From the NCBI GenBank assembly GCA_012959765.1, contig DUCO01000049.1, positions 94,949 to 158,948 of the forward strand: DNA of 64,000 bases. Reading direction: 5' to 3'. The notes under the pieces are model-generated. The model did no database searches. It saw only the letters and a list, made by a program, of their open reading frames with translations, and was not told where the DNA came from. Shown here in pieces: positions 36,474 to 46,169 of the stretch; the first letter of the stretch is position 1; each line of letters begins with the position of its first letter. The position numbers were made by a program, and so were the translations under genes. The DNA comes from Dehalococcoidia bacterium (GTDB lineage: Bacteria > Chloroflexota > Dehalococcoidia > Lucifugimonadales > Lucifugimonadaceae).

Positions 36474-37495
36474 TAGTTGGCTCCTTTCACGACTTTGCTC
36501 ATATCAACCGGACCGCCGTAAGCGACTTCCTTTTCGACCGCTTCGATCACCCCGGCGATGTAGCCCTGAGCGAACAAACGCGAACGGTAGCCGCCAAGGT
36601 TTCCTGGGAAGTCGGTGTCGTCGACCATCAGCGGACAGTGATCGTCGATAAAGTTTCCTTTGAATCCGGCGTCACGGTATGTGCGCATCGCCTTCTTCAT
36701 GTCGACATAGCCGGTGTTGATGAACTCCTCGTTGAACGCGGGAGCCTTGCCGCTGACGTTGCGGAAGTGAACGTAAAGAATCTTGTTTCGCTTACCGAAG
36801 TAGTCGATCATTTGGTAGATATCTTCGCCGGGCATTTCTGAGAACGTGCCCTGACAGAACTCGATAGCGTTGTAGTCGGAATCAACGATCTCGGTGAGTC
36901 GCTTGAACGCCGCAAAGTTGCGGAACAATCCGGGCACACCACCACGCTGAGGAACTGGCGGGTCGTCGGGGTGAATGCCACAAAGCATTCCAACCTCTTC
37001 GGCAACCGGCGTCACAGCCTTGATCCAGTACTCAAGGGCGTCCCACATGGTTTCTTCGTCCATGTCTTCGCCAAACGTCGAAGGACGTCGTGAGTTCTCC
37101 CAGTCGTAGTCGTAGCCGGTGCCCATTGCGCCGCCACGCACCATCGTCGGTTGCGCCCTGCCCCAGCTGTTTGGCATCCAGTTGTAGCCGTAGATCGGGA
37201 TGCCTGCACGACCCATGTCGCGAACCTGAATCAGCAGATCCTCGATCAGTTCGTCCTGTTTGGGACCACCAAAAATCACATCGTGATAGTCGAAACTTGG
37301 CGAAAAACCGCCTTCGATAGCAGCGAGTTTCAGACCGTACGATTCGATCTTCATTCGCATCGCCACGTAGTCCTGGTACTTCATGTGCGGACTACCCGCG
37401 CCGCCGTAAACCAGGATGTTTTTGATGCCGTATTGCGCTGCCGTTTGCAGCACTTCTTCACCTGCGGGGTGGAAGATCGCAACCATCGGTTCCAT
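36473..37495 (-). CDS. UxuA-like (mannonate dehydratase family) protein, tandem paralogue
   Basis: ..LYVHFRNVSGKAPAFNEEFINTGYVDMKKAM..FIDDHCP.. Its stop overlaps the downstream paralogue's start (TAATG at 36471-36475). Confidence 0.75.
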   Translation of the reverse strand: MEPMVAIFHPAGEEVLQTAAQYGIKNILVYGGAGSPHMKYQDYVAMRMKIESYGLKLAAIEGGFSPSFDYHDVIFGGPKQDELIEDLLIQVRDMGRAGIPIYGYNWMPNSWGRAQPTMVRGGAMGTGYDYDWENSRRPSTFGEDMDEETMWDALEYWIKAVTPVAEEVGMLCGIHPDDPPVPQRGGVPGLFRNFAAFKRLTEIVDSDYNAIEFCQGTFSEMPGEDIYQMIDYFGKRNKILYVHFRNVSGKAPAFNEEFINTGYVDMKKAMRTYRDAGFKGNFIDDHCPLMVDDTDFPGNLGGYRSRLFAQGYIAGVIEAVEKEVAYGGPVDMSKVVKGAN

Positions 37496-37655
37496 GCGTG
37501 AATTCCTTCAGCTTCCCTTGCGATCCGTCTATCGGTCGCTTCGGGGTCATCATTCTTACTTGTAGCTCAGATGCAGGAATGTAGCACCGAATGGGCCAGT
37601 GGTACGGGTGAACAACTGTTGAATTTACAAGTAAAAGCGGAGGAATCGCTTAACT

Positions 37656-37683
37656 GAAAATCGGGCGACTGAACAGCCGCCCG
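37656..37683 (-). terminator. rho-independent terminator after the VOC gene
   Basis: On the minus strand, CGGGCG-(10 nt)-CGCCCG is followed by ATTTTC. Confidence 0.45.
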
Positions 37684-37713
37684 GTTTCACGCATTTCACA
37701 CGAAGATGTAGGT

Positions 37714-38504
37714 CTATCCACCCGGCGAGTAATCGGGATTCCCCTGCATAACGGCAAACTCAGCCCCCTGTGGATCTTTCATAATTGAGAATCGGCCAGG
37801 TGGGATGTCCATCGGTGGGACGATCACAGAAGCACCTGTTGAGGTGCCCTTCGCAAACGCCGCGTCGCAGTCATCCACGGCAAAGTAAACCAGCCAAGGA
37901 TTCGCTAACTCGGGCATCTGCTCCATACGCTGAATGACACCAGCCACCGGAGCACCGTCGACCATCATCATGGTGTGGCCGCACATGCCGGGATCGGCAA
38001 AGAACGTAACGCCTAAAACTGCCTCGAAAAACGCCTTCGACTTGTCGGCATCTGAAGACATGTACTCGTTCCACGAAATGGCACCGGTTCCTGCACGATG
38101 CGCGGTCTCGACTCGCCTTTCGCCTCCCACAGCGCCACAACTCCACCTGCCGGATCGCCAACAACTGACATCCGCCCCACGCCCATCACGTCGAACGGCT
38201 CCGCCATCACCATGCCACCTGCCGGTGCGACCTTTGCGGTCGTAGCGTCGACGTCGTCCACCGAGAAATATGTTGTCCATGTAGGCGGCATTCCCGCTGC
38301 TATCTGGTCTGCAGGTTGTTCGTAGATGCCCGAAGCATCAGCCCCTTGAACCCTCTGCATCGAATAGACGCCCTCTCCTGCTGGCATCCGCTCGGCTTCC
38401 CATCCGAGAATTCCGCCGTAAAAAGCCTCCGCCCCCGTTACATCTGTCGTTGCGAGGTCGACTCACGATGGTGTTCCGTGGGCGTATTCCGTTCGCTCTG
38501 GCAT
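37714..38504 (-). pseudogene. two-domain VOC (glyoxalase/bleomycin-resistance) family protein with in-frame TGA and a frameshift
   Basis: ATG at complement 38502-38504 behind GGAGG. The sequence reads MPERTEYAHGTPS-TGA-VDLATTDVTGAEAFYGGILGWE.. The first domain (ORF 38013-38387) and second domain (ORF 37714-38280) are in different frames, with the shift around 38075-38115. Confidence 0.7.
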
Positions 38505-38695
38505 TTGTCCGCCTCCATTACTGATTATCTGTACAGACAGGACAATCCAGTCCCGTGCATCCGATCTGTGAAGCAACACTCTACGAGAACGGCAATCCAG
38601 TCGTGAGCAAAGGTGTCATTTAAAACCGATGGCCGTAATTGACTGTTATCTTTTCTGACCGTATTCAACACCGAAGCCTTCAGAAACTGTTATCA

Positions 38696-39265
38696 ATGAA
38701 AATTCGATCGACTCTTCTACTTGTATTCGCAACTGTGATGTTCGTAATGCTTGCAGCGTGTGGTTCAAGCTCCGATTCAGGAGTTGCTTCGAACCTTGAA
38801 AAAATCACCCCTTCCGAGCAAATCTTGGTACTAGATGACCTGCTCGATGCCGGGTTCAAGAAGGGCAAGACGTTCGATGTTGAAGGTCTGACAGGTGCCG
38901 TAAGCGCCTATTACGGCTTCTGGGGAGTCGATCCCTACGACCGCAAGGAGTTCGAGGCGCGCTTCTACGAATCGCACGCTGATGCGGTTGAGCTTGGCAC
39001 CATGTTCGCCGATGAACGCACCGGCCCTGACGCCCTGATCAAGTCGGGTGAATCGTCGTGGGACGAAGGGTCTAAAGAGGCTCGGGCGTGCACACGAAGT
39101 GCCGGTGGCGACTCGTCGAACTGCCGGATATCGAAGTACGGCGATTACGTTATCTACGGAAACATGATTCTCGTGTGCCAGGGTCGTGATTCTTCAACGG
39201 CGCTAGAACAGTGCGCCGCCCTGATGAGTCGAGTGGTGCCCGATCAAACTGCAGACGCGGGATAG
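38696..39265 (+). CDS. lipoprotein of unknown family (paralogue 1)
   Basis: Signal peptide plus lipobox MLAACGSS. It has four further conserved Cys and is alignable over its full length with the next gene. Confidence 0.6.
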   Translation: MKIRSTLLLVFATVMFVMLAACGSSSDSGVASNLEKITPSEQILVLDDLLDAGFKKGKTFDVEGLTGAVSAYYGFWGVDPYDRKEFEARFYESHADAVELGTMFADERTGPDALIKSGESSWDEGSKEARACTRSAGGDSSNCRISKYGDYVIYGNMILVCQGRDSSTALEQCAALMSRVVPDQTADAG

Positions 39266-39297
39266 ACTGCTTCAAACTAGCGAGTCGACTGAAGATT

Positions 39298-39861
39298 ATG
39301 AAATTACGATTGTCTGGTATTTCGATTCTCCTGCTGGCAACAGCGTTGTTCGCCGTGGCATGCGGGGCAAGCTCTGATTCCGAATCGGCGACCGGCGTCG
39401 CGAAAATAACGCCTTCAGAAACTGTTTACACGCTCGACGATCTGCTGGAAGTCGGCTTCAAGAAAGATAAGACTTTCGATGTCGAGGGTCTGACTGCAGC
39501 GACTCACGCCTACTACGGCTTCTGGGGAGTCGATCCGTACGATCGCAAAGAGTACGAAGCTCGCTTCTATGCGTCACATGCCGACGCCGTGGAATTCGGT
39601 GTTGTGTTCGCCGACGAACGCACCGGAGAGGACGCCGTTATTAAATCGGGCGAAACGATGTGGGAGGAAGGTGCGAAGGACGCTCGGGCGTGCGTTCGGA
39701 TATCCAGCAACGCAAGTTGCCATCTTTCGAAGTACGGCGACTACGTTATCTACGGCAATATGATTCTGATCTGCCAGGGCCGTGATTCATCGACTTCGCT
39801 GGAGCAGTGCGGCGCATTGCTAGGTGCGCTGGTGCCGGGGTTCGGTTTGAGCGCGGGTTAA
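39298..39861 (+). CDS. lipoprotein of unknown family (paralogue 2)
   Basis: Lipobox FAVACGAS. Blocks shared with paralogue 1 include AYYGFWGVDPYDRKE.EARFY.SHADAVE and SKYGDYVIYGNMIL.CQGRDSST.LEQC. Confidence 0.6.
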   Translation: MKLRLSGISILLLATALFAVACGASSDSESATGVAKITPSETVYTLDDLLEVGFKKDKTFDVEGLTAATHAYYGFWGVDPYDRKEYEARFYASHADAVEFGVVFADERTGEDAVIKSGETMWEEGAKDARACVRISSNASCHLSKYGDYVIYGNMILICQGRDSSTSLEQCGALLGALVPGFGLSAG

Positions 39862-41018
39862 TACAACCCGGTCTCACCTGGTTCTGGCGGGATGATGTAA
39901 AGCCCTGCGCCTTTACGCCGTGAGCCGGGCATGCCGGTGCCTTTTGTTGCTGGTGGGTTGGCCTGCATCTCAGCGATAGCTTTTTCGTCGATCGCGAAAC
40001 CCCAGCCCGGTGATTCGCCCATCTCGATAAAACCGTCAACGACTCGATTGTCGATCGTCACACCAGTAGCGGGCTGAAGATCTTTCATCTCCTGCGCCAG
40101 GTGATTCGGAGCAGCCGCAGCGGCGTGCGCCATGCAGCTTCCCGGCTGGCCAATTATCGAAACAGGAAGCTCGTACGCCTCGGCGAAGTGGGCGATCTGC
40201 AAGAAGCTCGTCAACCCCAGCGTTCCGAACTGCACCACATCTACAGCTTCGTTGTGAATCAGCGGGTAGAACTCGTCGATCCCGTTAATGTTCTCGCCGG
40301 TCGCAACCGCGGTCTTGATACCTCGTGAAATCTGCCTCAAGCCCCGATAGTCCCAGCGACGTCCCGGCTCTTCGGCCCACGTCAGATCAAACTTTTCTTC
40401 GATTCTTGAGATATAGCGAATAGCCTGTTTAGCCGACCAGTACTCGTTCGAGTCGATCATCAAAAGCGGCTCTTTGGCGTTCTGCTTGAGAATGTCTCGC
40501 ATGATCTTGAGCCGCCGCATGTCGGAATCGAAATCGAGTCCAACTTTCAGTTTCCCACCGTCGATTCCGAGATCGGCATATGTCTGGTAAAACGCTGCCA
40601 GCTCGTCGTCGGTCATGCCCATATCGAGCCCCGATGCGTAAGCCTTCACTCGCGGCTCGTGTGCACCAAGCATTCGCCACAACGGCTCGCCGGCGTCTTT
40701 CGCCTTGATGTCCCACATCGCCGCGTCGAGTGCGCACATTGCGCCGTACATCGAACCCTCGACTCCGCCCTTGAAGCCAACGTCCGACATCTCTTTCCAG
40801 AGGCCAATTACGCCACGGGGATCTTTGCCTTCGAGAATCGGGAACAACTTTTCGACGTCGGGTGATGAAGCTGGAGCGATGCCGGTTATTCCGGCGTCGG
40901 TTTCCAAAAAGAGATAGGTCGCACTCGATACATCGTCAGGCGCAACGCTGTTGGCGTCGCCGCTCGGGTGACCACGGTGAAACGACCATGAAAGTGTTCG
41001 ATATCCAGTTATCCGCAT
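39858..41018 (-). CDS. enolase-superfamily enzyme (mandelate racemase/MLE type)
   Basis: ..DAAMWDIKAK.., KLKVG, MIDSNEYW, AEEP and TGENI blocks, plus a ~35-aa C-terminal extension. Confidence 0.8.
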   Translation of the reverse strand: MRITGYRTLSWSFHRGHPSGDANSVAPDDVSSATYLFLETDAGITGIAPASSPDVEKLFPILEGKDPRGVIGLWKEMSDVGFKGGVEGSMYGAMCALDAAMWDIKAKDAGEPLWRMLGAHEPRVKAYASGLDMGMTDDELAAFYQTYADLGIDGGKLKVGLDFDSDMRRLKIMRDILKQNAKEPLLMIDSNEYWSAKQAIRYISRIEEKFDLTWAEEPGRRWDYRGLRQISRGIKTAVATGENINGIDEFYPLIHNEAVDVVQFGTLGLTSFLQIAHFAEAYELPVSIIGQPGSCMAHAAAAAPNHLAQEMKDLQPATGVTIDNRVVDGFIEMGESPGWGFAIDEKAIAEMQANPPATKGTGMPGSRRKGAGLYIIPPEPGETGLY

Positions 41019-41073
41019 TCGTTACTCCGTACTCCGTCGTTTCAACAGTAGCGATTCGATCTCTAGTGCAGCG

Positions 41074-41679
41074 CTACAGTACTCCAGCGTCGACTAATGC
41101 GGCGCGCAATCCTGCGGCAGTTCCGAATAAATAGCCTGTCCAGCCTAGTTGAACCGCTGTCGCGATCATCTTTTCTCTATCGTCGACGAAAAAGGCTTCT
41201 GCTGAATCCACCCCAGCGAGATTCAGTGCGTACTTGTATATCTCCGGTTCTGGTTTTACGGAGCCAGCCTCTGACGCGTTCACCACGTAGTCGAACAGCT
41301 CGTCAATCCCAAGAGCTTTCAGATCCTGATTGAGCCTGGAAGTTGCGTTGGTGAAGAGGGCGACTTTCGTTACAGCCTTGCACTCCTTGATGATCGAAAG
41401 CACCTCGGGAACAAGTTCGCCAGTAAAGCTGCTCCAGTGGTTCACCACACCTTGAGCGTCTTTGTCGGGGTACAGGGTGGCCAATCGGGAAACCACGTTC
41501 GAGCGCCACTCCTCGTCGGTTATTACACCCCGAACTGCTGGATCGACGCTGTCTTTTGAGAATGCTGCCTCACGTACAGCATCAAGCGGGATTCCAAATT
41601 TTTCCTCGATGCCGTAAATACCGGGATCCCAGTGACGGAGCACGCCATCGAAATCAAAAAACACACATTTTACTGTCAC
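41074..41679 (-). CDS. HAD-superfamily hydrolase
   Basis: Motif I FFDFDGVL, motif II FTNATS, KPEPEIY and FVDD. Confidence 0.8.
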   Translation of the reverse strand: MTVKCVFFDFDGVLRHWDPGIYGIEEKFGIPLDAVREAAFSKDSVDPAVRGVITDEEWRSNVVSRLATLYPDKDAQGVVNHWSSFTGELVPEVLSIIKECKAVTKVALFTNATSRLNQDLKALGIDELFDYVVNASEAGSVKPEPEIYKYALNLAGVDSAEAFFVDDREKMIATAVQLGWTGYLFGTAAGLRAALVDAGVL

Positions 41680-41729
41680 TAACTGCAGAAACCTCGTTCC
41701 ATTTCTTAAAACCTCTCCATACGCCTCGA

Positions 41730-42335
41730 TTAAAGTACCCTAGCGTTGATCAAACTGGCATGCAGTCCTGCCGTCCCGTCGAACACATGCCCTGTCCAGC
41801 CGAGCTTCACAGCGGCCTCAACATTTTCGGAACGATCATCGGTGAAAAACGCTTCTTAGGCATCGATGCCAACTAAATTAAGAGCGTGTACGTAACTCTC
41901 CGGCTCGGGTTTTATCGAACCGAACTCCGCAGTGTTCACGACATGGTCGAAGAGTCCGGTCAAGCCCAGCGACTCGATTTCTTGATTCAAGGTCGAAGTA
42001 GCGTTGGAGAACAGTGCAACAGGAACTTGAGCTTTGCAGGCGCGAACGATCGCCAAAACATCTGTAACGAGTTCGCCATTGCGACTTGCCCAAAATCGCA
42101 GGGCGGATCCGAAATCTTCAACTGGGAATCGCTCGGCAAGTACTCGACCAACTTCGGCGCGCCACGACTCGTCTGACTCCCGACCCCGAATTGCCGATTC
42201 ATACCCCGAAGGATCGAACGCTATCTCAACGAAGGCGTCGAGCGGAATTCCAGAATAGTCGCTAAGTCCATCAAATTCATGTTCCCACGTTCGAACTACC
42301 TCATCGAAGTCGAAAAACACGCATTTGATCGCCAC
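41730..42335 (-). pseudogene. HAD-superfamily hydrolase paralogue with in-frame TAA
   Basis: The same-frame continuation after TAA (41856-41858) reads EAFFTDDRSENVEAAVKLGWTGHVFDGTAGLHASLINARVL, colinear with the neighbouring paralogue. Motif I is altered to DFDEVV. Confidence 0.65.
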
Positions 42336-42853
42336 TAGCCGTCAAAACCTCGTTGCATTCCTCTTATATAAGCAACCTGGCCCAGGTGCTGCGATTCCTC
42401 AGCGATGATGTGCCCGAGAATCCAGCCAATGTTCAACGCCTCGTTTCGATAGGCGGCAAATACGTCTCTGTCCAAATCGGCACGTTCAAGAGCGTCAACC
42501 ATCGCCAACATTGAAGCGTGTGCTGCGTCGTAATACTCGAACACCAACGCAATATCTACCGAAGGAAAGTCACGAACCTGATCGGGCGTTTCACCCCTGC
42601 CATACTTATCGGTAGGCATTCCCAGCTTCTTGGCCCAGCCATCTCGAACCCACAGCTCATCGTTGCCGAGAACAGTCGAGTTGGCCCAGCGATCCGACAC
42701 CCGCGCCATGTGCCACACGGTCCACAAAATGTGATTCGACTCAGGACTCGGCTGCCACATCAGTTCTTCAGGCGTTAACCCTTCAACCGTCTGCTTCAGC
42801 TTGCCGTAGTACTCGTTCAATCCGCTCTTGATGGGATCTCTGAACGTGCCCAT
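42335..42853 (-). CDS. DinB-family protein
   Basis: His triad context WTVWHMARV..., ..GHIIAEESQHLGQVAYIRG. Confidence 0.75.
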   Translation of the reverse strand: MGTFRDPIKSGLNEYYGKLKQTVEGLTPEELMWQPSPESNHILWTVWHMARVSDRWANSTVLGNDELWVRDGWAKKLGMPTDKYGRGETPDQVRDFPSVDIALVFEYYDAAHASMLAMVDALERADLDRDVFAAYRNEALNIGWILGHIIAEESQHLGQVAYIRGMQRGFDG

Positions 42854-42868
42854 ATCTTGTCTCCTAAG

Positions 42869-43381
42869 TTATCCGTCGAGTCCACGGATTATTCCACGAA
42901 TGAACGCTACTTGTCCCAAATGCTGCGATTCTTCGACGATAACGTGCCCCAGAATCCAGCCCCATGTTGTCGACCGATTTCCCCGAGAATAGACGTTCGA
43001 CATGTCTATAGAACTCATATTGTCTATCACTCCAAATGCCGCTGCTCGAACATCATCGTAATAGTCGACGAGAATCTCTGCTGAAACGGCAGGCAGCGCA
43101 CGCACCTCGTCGAGTTTGTTGGCGTAGCCGTTGCCCTCAACCGAAATTCCTGTCTTCTCGGCCCAACCTGCCGAGTCCCAAACAGTATCGCCACCGGCAA
43201 TCGAGCCGTTTATCCAGTTGTCTTCAACACGCGCCATGTGCCAGACAAGCCAGATAATCGTGTTCGAGTCGAGGCTCGCCTGCCAGCGGAGTTCGGCATC
43301 GGTTAGTCCTTCGAGCTTCACTTTCAGCTCATCAAGGTACTCGGTCATTCCACTCTTGATGGAATCCTTGAACGAATTCAT
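42869..43381 (-). CDS. DinB-family protein, tandem paralogue
   Basis: WLVWHMARV..., ..GHVIVEESQHLGQVAFIRG. Confidence 0.75.
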   Translation of the reverse strand: MNSFKDSIKSGMTEYLDELKVKLEGLTDAELRWQASLDSNTIIWLVWHMARVEDNWINGSIAGGDTVWDSAGWAEKTGISVEGNGYANKLDEVRALPAVSAEILVDYYDDVRAAAFGVIDNMSSIDMSNVYSRGNRSTTWGWILGHVIVEESQHLGQVAFIRGIIRGLDG

Positions 43382-43492
43382 TCTTGATCCTTGCTCATCG
43401 ATTGGATTGTCTCGACTTCCCGAGTGGAGTCATCGGAACCGAGGGATTTGGTGTGGGGACGCGCTCGCTCGAATGTCGTCTTTGCAACTTCC

Positions 43493-44371
43493 CTAAACAA
43501 ATTTCTTGTGCAGATCATCTAAATCAAACCGCCCCGCTGTGTCGCTTAGTACGGCGATGTTCTTGTCGACTTCCTCTGGGGTGCGCATGCCAACCAGCGC
43601 AACGTCGATCAGTTTATTCGAAAGAACGAACTGCAACAACGCTGGCGAGTAGTCGAAATCATCGTCGGGACGTGCCGCTTTCATCCAACGCTGGAACACA
43701 CTGGCCGTGAGAGATCGCATAGTTACGATGCCCATGCCCGCCTTGTCTGCTTCGTAGATCGACCCAAACGGACGCGTTGGCTCGTAGGTGTGTTGAAACA
43801 CGAGGTTGTAACAGGTTTGCATCACGTCGAAGCGACCCGACTCGATGAACTCGTACACCGGCGGGTTTTGATCCTCGGTAGTGAAACCAATGTCCCTGAT
43901 TAGGCCTTCGTCGCGAGCCTGTTCGAGGACTTCGAGAGTGCCGTTCTTGCGAAGGGTTTGGTCTCGGGCTTCGGATGTGTAGGTCGTGCCATGGACCTGC
44001 ACAAGCTCGATCTGATCGAGCTTGAGATTCCTTAGGGAGTTCTCAATGGATTCGCGAGGGTTCGCTTCGCTATGACTGACCTTCGTAGCGAGGTAAAGAT
44101 CGGCGCGTTTGTTGGCGATTCCGGCGATTTCGAGCCCCTCACCGAAAATCTTCTCACTCTCGCCAGTACCGTAAGCAGCAGCCGTATCGAAGTAGGTAAT
44201 CCCCGATTCAACAGCGTGAGCGATAGCCGCAACAACGCCTTCACGCTGCTCAGCATCAACCGGCGAAAACGGATCAAGGTAGTTCGTTAATCCAGCCGGG
44301 GCTCCGCCGAATCCGATTCGGGGTGTGTTGAAACCGGCGCGCCCTAGTCGCGCCGATTCAAGAAAATCTGG
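43493..44371 (-). pseudogene. aldo/keto reductase lacking an in-frame start (probable 1-nt lesion near the 5' end)
   Basis: The frame is open from 44371 and encodes ..RLGRAGFNTPRIGFGGAP..ITYFDTAAAYGTGESE.., continuous with ORF 43493-44002. The first in-frame ATG/GTG/TTG is at 44002. A TTG at 44359-44361 is in the -1 frame. Confidence 0.55.
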
Positions 44372-44428
44372 CTATCTACCTGCTCTCGCCCTCCATAATC
44401 AGTGGCCTAGCCACAAAACGTAGCCTCG

Positions 44429-45427
44429 CTACCCCTGTTTCGTAACTGCTTCGATCATTGCCTGGATGTAGCCGTTGGCGAACGCTCGACCCCGGTGGCC
44501 GAAGTGGGTGTCCTGGTGGGTGTGCGGAACGTGATCGTCGATGAAGAAGCTGTCGTAGCTGTTGTCGTAGTACGCCTTCATCGCTCGGTACATATCGACG
44601 TGACCCGTGTTGATGAACTCCTCTTTGAAGTCCTCCGGGTTCGGCGCAGAAACGTTGCGGAAGTGAACGTATAGAACCTTCTTCTTCGCGACCATCTCGG
44701 CAATAAATTCATACAGGGCGTCGCCTTCTGAATCGAACATTTCGGAGACGGTTCCCTGGCAGAACTCGATGGCGCAGTTGTCGGACGGATAGATGTCTAA
44801 GTAACGACGGTAATTGTCGTACGAATTGAACAGCATCGGAATGCCACCGAGCTGCTGCACCGGTGGATCGCACGGGTGAATGCCGAGTCGAATGCCCTCT
44901 TCTTCAGCAATCGGCGTAATTATCTTGATCCAGTACTCGAGGTTCTCCCACATCTCCTCTTCGGTGTATTCCCGACCGTGCGTGAGCGGTAGTTTCTTGG
45001 CGATTTCGTAGTTGAAAGCAGTCGCCGCGGAACCGCCTCGAATCAACTCGGGCGGAGTTCGCCATACATGCGAAGGCATCCAGTGATAGCCGAAAATCGG
45101 AATGCCAGCCCGGGCGATATTTCGCACCGTGGTGATCATGTTGTCGACTTGCTCGTCACGCTTCGGACCGTTCAGCATGATGTGGTCGTAGAACTTGGTC
45201 GGCACGTTTTCGAGGGCGGAAAGAGTGAGCCCGTAGTTCTCGACATTCCTGCGCAGGTTCACCAGATCGTGCACCGCCCACGTACCGTTGTCACCGGGGA
45301 GATTCGGCGTGTTGAACACGATGTCGTTCATGCCGAACTGCTGCGCGTACAGCAGAAATTCAGGTGTTGCCTGGTTGATTTGTCCGAGTCCTGCACGCAT
45401 TGGCTTCGTCTCTCCTGATCTGTTCAC
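44429..45427 (-). CDS. UxuA-like (mannonate dehydratase family) protein, third paralogue
   Basis: ..LYVHFRNVSAPNPEDFKEEFINTGHVDMYRAM..FIDDHVP..FANGYIQ.. Confidence 0.75.
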   Translation of the reverse strand: MNRSGETKPMRAGLGQINQATPEFLLYAQQFGMNDIVFNTPNLPGDNGTWAVHDLVNLRRNVENYGLTLSALENVPTKFYDHIMLNGPKRDEQVDNMITTVRNIARAGIPIFGYHWMPSHVWRTPPELIRGGSAATAFNYEIAKKLPLTHGREYTEEEMWENLEYWIKIITPIAEEEGIRLGIHPCDPPVQQLGGIPMLFNSYDNYRRYLDIYPSDNCAIEFCQGTVSEMFDSEGDALYEFIAEMVAKKKVLYVHFRNVSAPNPEDFKEEFINTGHVDMYRAMKAYYDNSYDSFFIDDHVPHTHQDTHFGHRGRAFANGYIQAMIEAVTKQG

Positions 45428-45584
45428 ATCGCAGATAACGTGATCTACATTAACTGCCCGTCAACTTACACCCGGAACGTTCTGAGTGGTAGTCATAGTG
45501 GCCGCTTGCAGCACAAGTACCAAATGCCATAGTCTCCATGCGTAGAGGGTTGGACGACAACGACCTAAAGAGGGACAACATCAC

Positions 45585-46169
45585 ATGACAAGCGATTCAC
45601 AGATTTCGCCAGCATCCGATTACCCGGTGAGTTTGAATATTGACTACAGCGGCAGTGGGAGAAACCGGCTAACAGTATTCTTCAGGATCATCACGTTAAT
45701 TCCAATCATCCTTATTCAGAGCGGTCTACAAATCCTGGTTTTTCCAGTACTTCTGATGATTTTATTTCGTCAGAAATACCCACGGTGGTGGTTCGATTTC
45801 AATCTGGAATTGACCATGTTTTCGACACGGGTTGGCGCGTACTGGATGCTTCAAACAGACGAGTATCCGTCGACAGATGAAGAGCAATCGATCCACCTGA
45901 CTCTGGACTATCCAGATGCAAGCCAACTCAACCGTTGGCTCCCGCTTTTCAAGTGGATTCTGGCGATACCGCACTACATCGTGTTTTCGATTTTGCTGAC
46001 GGTGGCATTTATTCTGGTCATCGTGGGGTGGTTTTCGATTGTCTTCACGGGCAAGTTCCCACAGGAAATCCATAACTACCTTGTCGGGGTCAACCGCTGG
46101 TCGCTCAGAGTTCAGGCATACGCGTTCCTGCTGACAACCGATAAATACCCACCGTTCTCGCTGGATTAA
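45585..46169 (+). CDS. DUF4389-family membrane protein
   Basis: ..RLTVFFRIITLIP.., ..RWLPLFKWILAIPHYIVF.., ..FTGKFPQEIHNYLVGVNRWSLRVQAYAFLLTTDKYPPFSLD. Confidence 0.75.
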   Translation: MTSDSQISPASDYPVSLNIDYSGSGRNRLTVFFRIITLIPIILIQSGLQILVFPVLLMILFRQKYPRWWFDFNLELTMFSTRVGAYWMLQTDEYPSTDEEQSIHLTLDYPDASQLNRWLPLFKWILAIPHYIVFSILLTVAFILVIVGWFSIVFTGKFPQEIHNYLVGVNRWSLRVQAYAFLLTTDKYPPFSLD

